Shown here: positions 12,074 to 23,451 of the stretch, one piece after another
Layout of the letters: every line of letters starts with the position of its first letter
How positions within the stretch are numbered: position 1 is the first letter of the stretch
Origin: Cyanophora paradoxa CCMP329
Taxonomy: Eukaryota > Plantae > Glaucophyta
Reading direction: 5' to 3'
Length of the DNA: 64,000 nucleotides
NCBI GenBank assembly: GCA_004431415.1
Contig: QPMI01000325.1
Coordinates: forward strand, 1 to 64,000
Notes under the pieces: model-generated
What the model saw: only the letters and a program-made list of their open reading frames with translations
Told to the model about the DNA's origin: nothing
The model's database searches: none
Position numbers and translations under genes: made by a program

Positions 12074-12965
12074 TGCGGCCGATCTTGCAGGCCTTCGCCC
12101 GGGACGCTCTTTCGTAGCAGCCTACAGCTGGGAGAAACCGACGCTCATGGCCACAACCGCAACGGCCGCGCTACTCGCCGTCGTTCGATCCCCTTCAGGT
12201 TCTCTGCAGCGCAGCTGATGAACTTCACCGCCGAACGCAGCCGCGGCGCGAACTCGAAGGGAGGGCGCGGTGGCCGCCGGTGGGGCGAAGCGGGCTGCAG
12301 TGACTTTCGAGGCTTTACCCCCCTGGAAAAAAGGGATCGTTTGAATTCGTTTCGCGAAAGTCGGTCCAGTCGCGCGCTCCTTGAACGGTCGTGTGCTCGA
12401 CAGTGTCGACACTGCGTGTGCGTGTTCGAGAGGCTCCGACTCCGTTTTCGCAGCAATTTTCGCGCTTGCCGGCCGCCGGCGCCGCGCGCGCCACGGCCCA
12501 CAGGCCGGGTTCGATCGCGACGGCCCGCGCGCGCGCGGGCGGTCGCGCAAACAGCGCGCGCGCGCGCGCGCGCCGCGGCTGCGGCCTGCGCCTGCGGCTG
12601 GGCCGCGAGCGCATCGCGCAGTGTGCACTGCGGCCGCGGGCATGCGGTAACTGCAGCCGGCGCCCGCCGCGCATGCGTATTGCGCATGATTGCCGCAGTG
12701 CGCAAGTCACTGAGTGAGCGCCGATCATGAGCACGGCAGCTGCGGCACTGAAGTGCATGCCGCGTTTGAATCCAGTTTCCAGTTTCATGATGATCAAGTG
12801 TTCGAAGTCCGGATCGCCTAGCTCAAAAAGCTTGGCGACTCCGAGGCTCGGGGCTCGCAGATCGGAGCTCGAATTCGAAGTTCTGCGGCTCGGCTGCTCG
12901 CCAGCGGGAGCCTTGGAGAAGCTCGAAGACTCGACTCGGGGGGTAGGGCGGCTATGTACAAGGGG

Positions 12966-15715
12966 CTAGCGCTTGGCGCGGAAGAAGCGGTTGAGGGCGG
13001 AGCCGCGGGCGGGCGCCTCGCCGTCCGAGCCGGCCCCCGCCGCCGCCGCCTCGCCCTCGCGCTTGCGCTTCTCCCCCGCCGCCTGCCGCTTCTGCTTCTG
13101 CTCCACCTCGTTGATGTGCGAGCGCACCGCCCCCTGCCCCCGCACGCGCGTCAGCCCGGCGCCCCGGGGCGGGCGGGGCGGGGCGAGGCGCGGGGGCACC
13201 CGCTTGTCCTTGAGCTTGGCCTCCTCGCGGAGCTTGGCGCGGTGGGCGGCGCGGTTGCGGCCCTTCATCTTGCGCCGCTCCCGCTGCTCCTCGAAGCGCT
13301 CCCCGGGGTTGTTCGCCTCGAACGCGAGCTTCTGCTTCCGCTCGTGCGCCTCTGCCGCCGACCGCCGCACCGTCCCCACCGCGTCCGGCTCCAGCCCGAT
13401 CATCTCCGGCTGCAGCTGTGGGGGCCTCGGCGCCGGCGGGGCGGGGCGGGGCGGGGCGGGGCGGGGCGGGCCTTCTCGAGGAGGCGGTGGACCTCCTGCT
13501 CGCGGCGCTGCTTGCGCGTCTCGAAGGGGTCGGCCTCGAGGGTGTCGTAGTTCGGCTCCCCCGCCCCCGGCACCACCAGCGTCGCCACGCCCCCGCTGTG
13601 GCCCACCCCCAGCACGTCCTCGTACGGGCAGAAGCGCGCCCCGCGGACGGCGCGCCCGGCCAGCAGCTCGGACATGTACGGCGCCTTGGCCTTCGTCGCG
13701 ATCGCGTCCTTCCAGATCTGCCGCCCCGCGTGAGCCGGCCGCGCCCGGGCCGGCGCGCGGGGCGGGGGCGGGCCTCGATGTGGGGCCCGTGGGCGACGGA
13801 GAGGAGGCCGCGCTGCGAGACGTCCAGCGAGTCCACCGGCGACAGGCTGCTCGCCCCCGCCCCCTCAGCCACCACCCGCGGAGGGCCGGCGGGGAGGGCC
13901 GGCGGGGGCGGGCGGGCGGGCGGGCCTGAAGTAGGAGTGGAGGTTGCGGTAGGTGCGGAGGTCCCAGACCTTCACCTGCCCGTCCTGCCCCGCGCTCACC
14001 ATGTGCCTGCCCCGCCTCAGACCCCGCCCCCGCCCCCGACGCAGGCTGCCCGGGGGCCCGCGCACTGCCCCGAGGCGTCGATGGCGATGGCCCGCACGGG
14101 GCCGCGGTGCGCCAGGACCTGCCCCCCGGTGAGGCCGGCGCGGGGGGAGGGGGAGAGGGCGGGCGGGGGGGGGGGGGGGGGGGGGGGCGGGCCTTGACGA
14201 GCGGGGCGGACATGTTGGGGGACCAGAGGGTGACAACGCCGTTGTTGTGGCCCATGTGGACGACGGCGTTGCGCGGGTTCTGGCGCAGGCAGTCGATGGG
14301 GCCCAGCTTCGTGCGCCACTCCGCCACCAGCTTCCCCGTCGAGATGTCCTGGTAGCGCAGCCAGCCCCGCTGGCTCTGCCCCGACCCCCGTCGGCGTCGC
14401 CGCGGGAGGCGCGGGGCGGGGCGGGGCGGGGCGGACTGCGGAGACGAGGAGGAAGTGGTAGGGGAGGAACTCGAGGCGGTTCGCGCTCTCGTGCTTCTTC
14501 AGGCAGTGCACCTCCACCCCGTTCTTGTCGTAGATGTACCTGCAGGGAGGGCGACCCCGGCGCCCCGCCTCAGGCCCCGCCCCGAGCCGCAAGGCCCCCT
14601 CCCCGCCCCGCCGGCCCCGCGCACGTGTACTTCTTCTGGGCGACGGCCCACATGGTCTCGTTGTGCAGGAAGCTGGCGGGGGCGTGTGAGGCGGCGGGGG
14701 CGGGCGGGGGCGGGGGCGGGGGCGCGGGGCGGGGCGGGGCGGGGGCGGACCGGACGTCGCGGACGGTCTCCTGCACCTGCAGCTCCGTGACCAGCTTCCC
14801 CCGGCTCCAGTCCAGCAGCGCCAGGTGTCCCTTCCGGCCCCCGATCACCATGTACCTGCACCCGGCCCGCTCGCTTCCGCGCGCAGCCCCGCGCGCCCCG
14901 CGCGCCCCGCGCCGGCCTCGCACCGCCCGTTGCGCGTGAAGTCGATGTTGTAGGGCCCGAGCTGCTCTAGCTTGAGGTCCAGCATCTGCGCGGCTCGGCG
15001 TGAGCGGCGCGCACGGGGCCGCGGCGGCAGCGGCGGGGGGCGGGCGGGGGGGCGGCGCGCCTTCTTCGCCGTGTTGACGTCGAGGTGCTCCTTGATCTGC
15101 TCCTGCCGAAAGTGGTACGTCTTCTCCATCCCCTCCGCCTCCAGATACCTTCCCCGCCCCTCGCGTCGGCCCCGGTACCCGCGCGCGCCGGCGCCTCGCG
15201 ATCAGCGCCCCGCACCCCGCTTCAGATGCAAGCAGCAGTTCGCTCCCCGCGGACTTCTTGAGCGCATCCCGGTACTTCTTCTCCACTTTCCTCAAGCTCG
15301 ACTTCAGCTTCTTGTCTTGTACGCCCTGGAGCACGGATCAGCGACGCTAGCTTGATGCGCGGCGCCGGCGGCCACTCGCCTTGATCTTGGATTCCTCGCC
15401 GCGCCTGTACTTCTTCATCTTCGCGTTGAGCTCTTGTCTCGCCTGCAGATCGCGCTTCTCCTGCTCGGGGTCGACTTTCTTGCCTTTCTTCTTGCCTGTG
15501 CGCTGCGGCTGTGAGCCAACGTCTCCAACCTCCGCTGATCGCGAGCTGCTAGCTGCCATGCCGCGGCGCTCGTCCTCGGCATCGCTCGCGCCACTCGCAT
15601 CGCCTTCGCTGTCTGATCCCGGCGGAGGGGCAGGTCCCGCGCGCCTCTTGATCCGCGCTAGCTCCTCGTCCGAGCCGCCGCTGCCATCTGAGCGCTCTGC
15701 TTCGGAATCGGACAT
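12966..15715 (-). CDS. UTP7: U3 snoRNA-associated protein 7 / WDR46 (BING4), SSU processome
   Basis: [65 protein letters not shown] and the BING4CT segment [40 protein letters not shown]. Confidence 0.95.
14165..14187. repeat. Poly-G homopolymer (poly-C on the sense strand, in a UTP7 intron)
   Basis: A run of 23 G directly visible next to a GC donor. Confidence 0.9.
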
Positions 15716-16039
15716 GCCTCTTTTTTTCCACTTCCAGTCGGGTACGCTGCTAGATCAGACTTCGTTCGCAATCGCTGGCTTCCAACCTGCAGCTGCGAGC
15801 CGCTGAGCCGCTAGCGCTGCGTTTACAAGTTACGCAGACTAGATATCGATCGAATTCGAGTTCGATGGCCCAGCTAGCGCTGCACATGCCCGCTGTACAC
15901 GCGCTTCCCGCCGCGGGGCGCGCTGAAAATTCAGCACCGGCAGCTGCGCAGGGGGCTTGAGTGCAGCGAAAGATTCAATGATTCGACACATTATGCAATC
16001 GGGGGGCAGAGCTCCTCGGGCTCGGCGGCGGGCGGCGGG

Positions 16040-17585
16040 TCAGGAGGGGCCGGCGGCGGCGTGGCGCTTGAGGAAGGCACGGAGGGCGTAGTCGCGCAGG
16101 ATGCGCGCGCAGTTGTCGTAGTACTGAGGGCTCCCCTTCACGAAACTCCACCTGCCCCGCCGTCCCGCGTCGGGGGAGCCCCGCGGGGTGGCGGGGCGGC
16201 GGGCGTGCGGGGGCGGGGCGCGAACCCATTGACGTCGCAGATGTGGAGACCGCCGCCCTCGACGCGGAGCAGGTCGAGCCCGCACACCGTCTGCCGGAAA
16301 CGCACGCAGATCTGCCGGCCGGCGTTGGCGGAAGGCAGGCGGCGGGATGCGGAGGGGGGCGGGGGGCGGGGGCGGGCCTGCTGGACGGCGGCCTTCTCGG
16401 CGGGGGTGAGGAGGACGGGGAAGCGGATCTCCTTGTCATGGGCGTTGCGGAGGACGAGGCCGTCGATGACGGGGGCCTTGCGGCGCTCGGCGTGGGCGTA
16501 CGAGGGCCCCACCGTGTAGATCTTGATGTCCTGCCCGTCCACCACCCGCACGAACTCCTCGTACACGTACGACCCCTCCCGCCGCACCCTGGCCCCCGCC
16601 CAAACCCTCCGCACCCCGCCCCTTGCAGCCCTCACCGCACCCGCGGCGGCGCACCGGTGCCGGTCGGGGAAGAACTGGCTCGAGCGGTTTTGCGTCTTGC
16701 GGAAGAGCTGCCGGCAGCCGCCCCCGTCCCGCATCGGGTAGTAGATGCACACGTTGTGATCATCCGCGTCTGCTGGCTTCTCCACGAACGCTGCGCCGTG
16801 CGCGTCGGTAGCCGTCTCCCACAGGGCGGCGGGGCAGCGCACGCTTCTCTATGCGCTTCCCGTTGATCTCGATCCAGTCATCGCCCTCGTCCATGACGGG
16901 CGATGGCTCCCCCCGCCAACCGTCCCGAGAAGCAAACACGTGCCTGCGCGACGCAGCCCCATGAGTGCGCCGGCCCGAGCAGGGGCCGCAGCCGAGCCGC
17001 ACTTGGGCTGGAGGAGGTTGCAGTGCGAGAGTATTCGGTAGACCTCGCGGCGATCTAGCAGCAGTCGCTGGGAGGGTAGATCGTTCACGCTGTATGGTCT
17101 TCGCAGGTGCTGGTATGCGATAGCTTTCTCCAGCGGGAAGCCGTCCGAGTCGAAGGCGATCAAGCAGTCGCACAGGGGCCATTCCTCGATTGGGCGTTCC
17201 AATATGCACTGGTTCCCAAAGATAACGACCTGCGGGCGCGAGCCGACGTCATTTCGCGGACTAGCTACGGGGGACGCGCCGCGTCCTAGTCGACGCGGAG
17301 CGTCCCAGCTTGAGTTCGCAAACTTCGTATACGTACCTCGAGCTCGCCCGTCTTCTCGAGCCTGCTGAGGATCTGATGCATCGGACCGGAGCGCGACTTC
17401 TTGTCCATGCAGCAGACGCCGACGACGCAGCGCCGAGGGAGCTCCACCCCCGCAGGGACGGGCTCTACGACGAGCCGCTCACGCTCTTCTTCGTGCAAAT
17501 CCGCGAACAACTCCGAGGCTAGGTCGCCCAGATCGTTCGTGCCGTCGATGGCCTCGTCGCCGTCACACACGACGCCCGAAGCCAT
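16040..17585 (-). CDS. VIP1: PPIP5K/VIP1-family inositol pyrophosphate kinase, ATP-grasp kinase domain only
   Basis: [131 protein letters not shown]. The stop follows about 17 aa later. Confidence 0.9.
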
Positions 17586-17744
17586 GACGCCCGCCGATCG
17601 ATCGCTCCTAGCTATAGGCAGCCGCCGCAAGGTTTCGGCGGAACGTTGTACCCAGACCCTCCCGGGTACATTGCTTTCGCGCCGAAATTGGCAGCGGCGG
17701 CAGAGTAGCGAGCCAACTCAAGAAGCGCGCTTTCGGGCGCCAGC

Positions 17745-19712
17745 ATGGATCCCAGGAAGTTTGACGAAGCGAAGGCGTTCCTTTCCAAGTCTGTGGACAA
17801 CAAGTCTTCGCTGTATGACCACCTTAGCGAAGTCCTCCTCAAAGTCCTGTCCGAGCAGCCTGCGAATGCTCTAGAACAGTTTGAGACGATCTCGGCGGCC
17901 ATCAAGGAAGCTAGCTTTGTACCGGAGGTCATTCCGGCGGTGCGTCGCGGTGCTGCGGCCGCCCGCTGCAGCGGCGCGCCGGCGCGCGTCCCACAGCATC
18001 ATATTGGGTGCTGACGAAAGCTTTCTGGGCGTACAGGAGCCCCAGACCCAGGTGCTCTATTCGAAGGATGTGGAGCGGGCAAAGGAGAACCTCAAGTTGT
18101 TCAAGGTTAGCTGCTTGAGAACCGCTTGTGGAGCTGCCGTGCCGACGTGGTGCTAAGCGCCATGCCGCCGCGTAGGGGCAAATACCTGAGAAGCATGAGA
18201 CCGAGCGCGAAGGGGAGGAGCCCGCGGAGCCCACAGAGGTCAACGAATGCGAGATCCCGGATCTGATGGCGGAGGCAGAGATGTTCGAGGCGGGCGGGGT
18301 GCGCGTGGCGAGCCAGGCGCGCCCGGCGCCTGCTGAGTCTCGCATGCAGGTTGGTTTCGGCCGTGAGGAGGCCTTCAGGCTTGCGCTCTCAATCAAGAAG
18401 CAGCTTGCGGACGATCCCAACCGAAAGCTGAAGAAGGTTCGGCTCTTCGGCAAGTTCCTGGGCGTGCGCGGCGACTACTTCGTTGTCGAGGCCGAGCCCA
18501 AGGAGTGGGAGCCCGCGGCCGCGCCCGAGGGTGGTGCCTTGTTTCATCCCTTTGCTCTCCTTTTTCATGGGGTACTCAGGCCGCCGCGCAGGAGAGGGCG
18601 ATAGCCCCAAGCTAGGGCCGGACGGCCAGCCCCTCGTTCCCCCCGAGGGCAATGGCGAGGGCACGAACAAGTACCAGTACTGGGTCTGCTCGTATGGTAC
18701 GTGTCCCGTCCATTCTGCGCTGCTCTGGCCAGCGCGCTGACTGGCGGCGGGGGTAGTGGGCGGCCCGTGGACGCTGCTCCCGAACGTCACGCCGCAGCAG
18801 ATCAACGTGGCGCGGCAGATCAAGAAATTCCTGACCGGCGACCTAAAGGCGCCGGTCTCGTCGTACCCGGTGTTCAACGGGACGGAGGCGGAGTACCTGC
18901 GGGCGCAGATCGCGCGCATCGCGGCGGCGACGGTCGTCGAGCCCAAGGACAAGTACACCCTCGGCGGCGACGAGGAGGAGGGCGGCGACGACGAGGCCGG
19001 TCCGCCCGCCCCGCCCCCCCGCCCCGCCCTGCCACGCCCTGCCACGCCCCCGACGCGGCGCGCAGCCAAGGAGATCAAGCTGAACGAGGAGTGGGCGCCG
19101 CCGGCGCCGGCGGAGCAGGCGAGCCTGGAGAACTGGGTCCACTTCAACCCGGCGATCCGGAAGCAGGGCCGCATCGGCAAGTGGGACCCGCCGAAGAAGG
19201 AGAAGCCGGAGGGGGAGGAGGGCGAGGAGGGCGAGGAGGAGGCGGAGGAGGAGGCCGCCGAGCCCGAGGAGGTCGTCCCCGAGCCCCTCGCGCCCCTCAG
19301 CGCCGACGAGGGTCCGCCGCTCCGCCCCGCGCCCCCCGCCCCGCGCCGGCTCAACGGGCCCGGGCCTTGCGCAGCGATCGGCGCGCTGGCGGCGTGGGCG
19401 GCGCGCGTCTCGACGGCATTCGCGCCGCAGTACGCGACGGTGTTCCTCAAGTCGGTGCGGTGGCCCGGGGCGTACGCGGCGATGCGCGGCAAGCAATCGG
19501 CCTGCATCTACATCGGCTACGGGCACAAGTATACGGGGACGACGTACACGCCGCCGGCGCCGCCGCCGGTGCAGCAGGAGGCGGACGACGCGGGGTACGA
19601 GATGGCGCACGACCCGACCGTCGAGGAGGAGGACGCCTACAAGGAGGCCATCGAGGCGAAGAACAAGCCCGAGGGCGAGGGCGAAGAGGGCGCCGCCGAG
19701 GAGGAGTCCTAG
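17745..19712 (+). CDS. RSPH4: Flagellar radial spoke head protein RSP4/6 (RSPH4/6 family)
   Basis: SLYDHLSEVLLKVL, VRLFGKFLGVRGDYFVVEAE, GTNKYQYWVC, WTLLPNVTPQQINVARQIKKFLTGDL, EAEYLRAQIARI, SVRWPGAYA and IYIGYGHK. Confidence 0.93.
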
Positions 19713-19910
19713 GCCCCCCGCCCCACCCCAGCCCCCGCGGCCCGGCGCACCACGCCCCCCGCGCCGGCACCCGCCCTCCCTTCTATCCCCTCCGGGCCCC
19801 TCCGCGTTCCCTCCGCTTCACGTGTTTGTATAGAAACCGAATTCCGATCATCGAGCGGTTTCGTTTACTGGTTCAAAGAAGGAGCGCACACAAGCTGCCG
19901 TGGCCTAGAG

Positions 19911-21424
19911 CTAGTGAGAGTGGCCGCGAAGAGGGCCCGGGACGAATTCGACCGCCTCGGCCTCAGGCGCCGCAGACGAAGGCATGGGAGAGGGCGGGCT
20001 TGCGGCGCGCGCCGCTGCCGGGGACGAAGAAGGCGCGCTCGCGCTCCTCCTGGACGCCCTCGCGGGTGCTCGTGAGGACGACGACGTGGTCGCAGGTCCT
20101 TCCCCACATGTGCTTCCGGCAACCCTTCTTCGCGTACATCTTGCACTGCGCTCGCGTCGATCGGCCGGCGTTGGGCGGAACCCCGCGGAGAGGCCGCGGG
20201 CCGGGGCAGCCTCGCTGACCTGCAGCTTGAAGCAGATGCTAGGCTGTGGCACGTCGCCGATACGGTAGATGAGCTTCACCTGCGCGGAGAGGCGCGTCGC
20301 GTGAGCATCACGGTAGGCCGCGCCGCATGGCAGGGACGGAGTACACACCTCGACCATGGAACGCTCGCCGCGGGCCGTCACCGGGTTCGCCTCCGGGAGG
20401 AACACGCTCTCGCCCGACATGCTGCCCAGCGCGTCACTCGATCGCCCGCAGGCAAAAGAGGAAACAAGTGGAATCCCGACCGGCAGATGCTCCCGTCGAA
20501 GCTGAGCTTGTGGAAGTTGCTCAAGAGCTGGCCGTTGACCTAGTGCCGGCCGCGGGTTCGGGAAAGACGATCCCTGTGGCGAGGCAAAGATTACGCACGG
20601 AGATGTTCTCGAACACTGCGAAGCCTGTCAGCCTCGAGGATCAAACAACGCGCAAAACGATGAGAAGCACCCGCTTCCTCATTCGAGTTGCGAACGAGAA
20701 CGTTGAAGCGGTCTGGGAAAGCTTACAAGGAACAGAGCGGGCAGAAGGGACAAGCTTACAAGTTTTGGACTGGACCAATTTGATCGTGAAGGAGCAGGGA
20801 TGGCCTATTTCGCCTGGTAAATATCACGGATCGGTGAGATTTGATCGCCTACGCGCACGATCTGCGTCCTTGAGGCCTTCCTCCTTGACGTACGTCGCCT
20901 TGAATGCGCCCGCGCTGACCTCCTCTGCGATGTGGGTCAACGCTAGAATGCAAAATACGCGCTGCAAGACGCACCGATCCCGACCTGGATCTGCAGGTTC
21001 TGCGGGGGAATGGCGACGCGGCCCGCGAAAGACGAATTAATCGAGCCCTTCCCCGCGAGCACTCCGAATCCGCCGCGCGGCCGCTTCTCGGAAAGCGTCG
21101 GCGAAGATGGACGATTGCCGGGCGCGAAAATCTGAAGAGCGGAATTCCGGACGGGCGACATCAAATGAAGTTCGACGAAAGTTGGACGAAAGGGTGGCCT
21201 TGACGCACGGTTTGACCCAGAATGGGGGCCGAAGCGCGCGAGTACATCGGCGAAGGCGTGTCCGCAACCACGACATTCACGCGGTCGCGGGGCGTGAGGC
21301 CGTCCTCGGAATCATCGACCTGTGACAAAACTGCAGCGCCGAAGGTTAGATCTAGAAATCGCAAGGCAGGCAAAATTCAAAACGGCACCATCGGAGCGGT
21401 CGACATCTTGCATGCGCGCCTTCC

Positions 21425-21459
<35 letters not shown>

Positions 21460-21488
21460 GCATGCGCATGCTGCCACGCGGTCGACAT
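19911..21488 (-). CDS. Hypothetical protein with N-terminal poly-Gln, multi-exon
   Basis: ATG at 21488 (MSTAWQHAHAQQQQQQQQQQQRKARMQ), then a chain of GT-AG-bounded exons (VLSQVDDSED..., HPCSFTIKLVQ, RFNVLVRNSNEE, VKLIYRIGDVPQPSICFKLQ). Structure and end are uncertain. Confidence 0.45.
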
Positions 21489-21505
21489 TGCTGCTGCTGC
21501 TGCTG
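21425..21505. repeat. (CTG/CAG)n microsatellites
   Basis: Two CTG runs. The first encodes poly-Q on the minus strand; the second lies just 5' of the ATG. Confidence 0.85.
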
Positions 21506-21705
21506 ACGAAGGCGGGAAAATGAGCCGGCGCGGGTACAGGAGAATTAAAGCTCAGGAAGTTGAGGGGAGCTGGAGCTCGAGGGAAGAGAATTCGAAGGAG
21601 AGGGAAGTGCGTGTGGGAGGCGCGCTGAGCTCGAGAGGGGCCCGGTCAGAGAGGCTCTAGAGAGGATCCGGAGAGGGCCGGGCCTGCTGGCTTCGATTCG
21701 GTCGA

Positions 21706-23312
21706 TCAGAAGAAAAAATCACTGAGGAGGGCCTGGCCGTCGCGGAGGCGCTCCTTGGAGGCGAGCGGCTCGGAGGCGGAGGGGTGCGAGAGACGGCAGT
21801 TCTGCCGGTGCCACGTGAAGTGCTCCTCGCACGCCAGCGCCCGCAGCGCCGACCGTAGGCCCCCCTGGGACCTGCGCAAGCGCGCCCGTCAGCGGGGAAG
21901 GGGCGGGGACCGGGGCCGGGGCGGGGGCCGCGCCAGAGGGCGAGGGTGGCGTCGTAGTGGCGGGCCTCGGTTTTGGCCGTGCAGGTGGCGCAGGCGGTGA
22001 GCTCGAAGGCGCTCGCCTCCTCGCAGTCCGGCTGGAAGCACTTGACCGCCCGCTGCAGCTTGTAGCTGTACAGCTCCCCGTGGCCCGTCTCTCGCATGTG
22101 CCCCGTCAGGTGCCCCGCGCCGTCGCAGAAGGCCGCGTTGCAGACGAGGCAGTGCGCGAGGTTCGCGCAGCCGCCGCACGCCGCGCACCGCGCCGCCTCC
22201 CGCCGCCGTGCCAGGGCCTCGCAGCGCTGGTAGAGCTTCCGCAGCCGCGCGCTGTAGAGGCCGCCGTCGCTCTCGCGGGCCCGGCGCCGGCCCTGGCCGG
22301 CCTCCTCCGGCGCCGCCGCCCTCGGGAGGACGACGAGGGACGGCTCCTGGGGAAGCTGTGCGGCGAGGTGCGCCGTCGAGACGCAGGCCTCCGCCATGTG
22401 CCCGCTCCGCCCGCACCGCCAGCTGCCGGCGCCCGCTTAGGCGCGCGGCGCTCGAGCTGCGCGGGCGGGCGCGCCAGCGGTACGTGTCGAGGGCCGAGAG
22501 GCGCGGCTTGTAGCGGTGCTTCCTGGCGTCCCACACGTCCGGCTGCAGGTCCGGCAGCGCCAGCGCCCCTTGCCCCGCCGGCCCCAGCGCCGACGCCAGG
22601 CGCTCCGGCTGCACTCCCAGCGGGGCGCTCGCTTCGCTCTCGTCCTCCTCGCTTTGCGGCTGGCCCGGCACGTACGCGCCAGTGGCGAGGTCCTGGGCAA
22701 GCGTCTCTCAGCTCGGCGTGCGCGCCCAGCTTCGGCGCGAGGCGGCGGCGGAGGAAGAGTTCGAACCTGGGCGTTGATGCGCTTGCACTGCCTGCTGCAC
22801 ACGTCTTCGTTCGTCTCGTCCGACACGTATGCGCCGTACCGTCCGCAGACCTGCGCGAAAGTCAGCAGGTCTGTCGGATTTATCGCGAGTCAGCATCAAG
22901 AGCGGACGATGCAGCGAGGCTCTCCCTCGGTTGGCCAGCGCTGGTCGCACGAATACTCAACAACCTCATCGATGTCAGCACTTGCAGCTGGCGCATTTTC
23001 AGCCGCGCTCTCGAGCTCCGGCGTTGCAGCTGGAGCCTCGGCGGGCAAGACAAGAATCGAGGCGTTGCCGAGCACGACGCGCAGAGCGTCCCGCGCATCG
23101 AGGGGCTGTTGTCTGCGCTCCTTGATCTTGTCGCCGGTGCGCTTTTTCTCGTTCTTGTCCGGCTGATGTTGTTGCCGCGCTTCTAGCGAGAGCCCCATGC
23201 CAGTGAGGTCGCCGCTCGCCGGCAGCTCCTTTCCCGCAACGACTCTTTCGACGAGCAGCGCGTCCACAAGGCGGTGCGCTGGCGCTGGGCGAAACCCGCC
23301 TCGTCCAGCCAT
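21706..23312 (-). CDS. Multi-zinc-finger protein: DDX59-type zf-HIT, CCHC knuckle and Cys/His-rich C-terminal domain
   Basis: Spliced [35 protein letters not shown] (zf-HIT as in the DDX59 N-terminus), GHMAEAC knuckle end, [28 protein letters not shown]...GH, and [12 protein letters not shown]...LSDFFF*. Start is 23312 or 23198. Confidence 0.75.
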
Positions 23313-23451
23313 TGGAGATTCGCATACCCGGCTAAGCGAGCACCAGGCTCAGCACCTCAGCCACTCGCATCACTCAGCACCTCCGAGAGGCGACGTAGAT
23401 CGACGTACGCGCGATTCTCCAGCTAACAGAGGCGGCTGGGACGTCAGGGAC

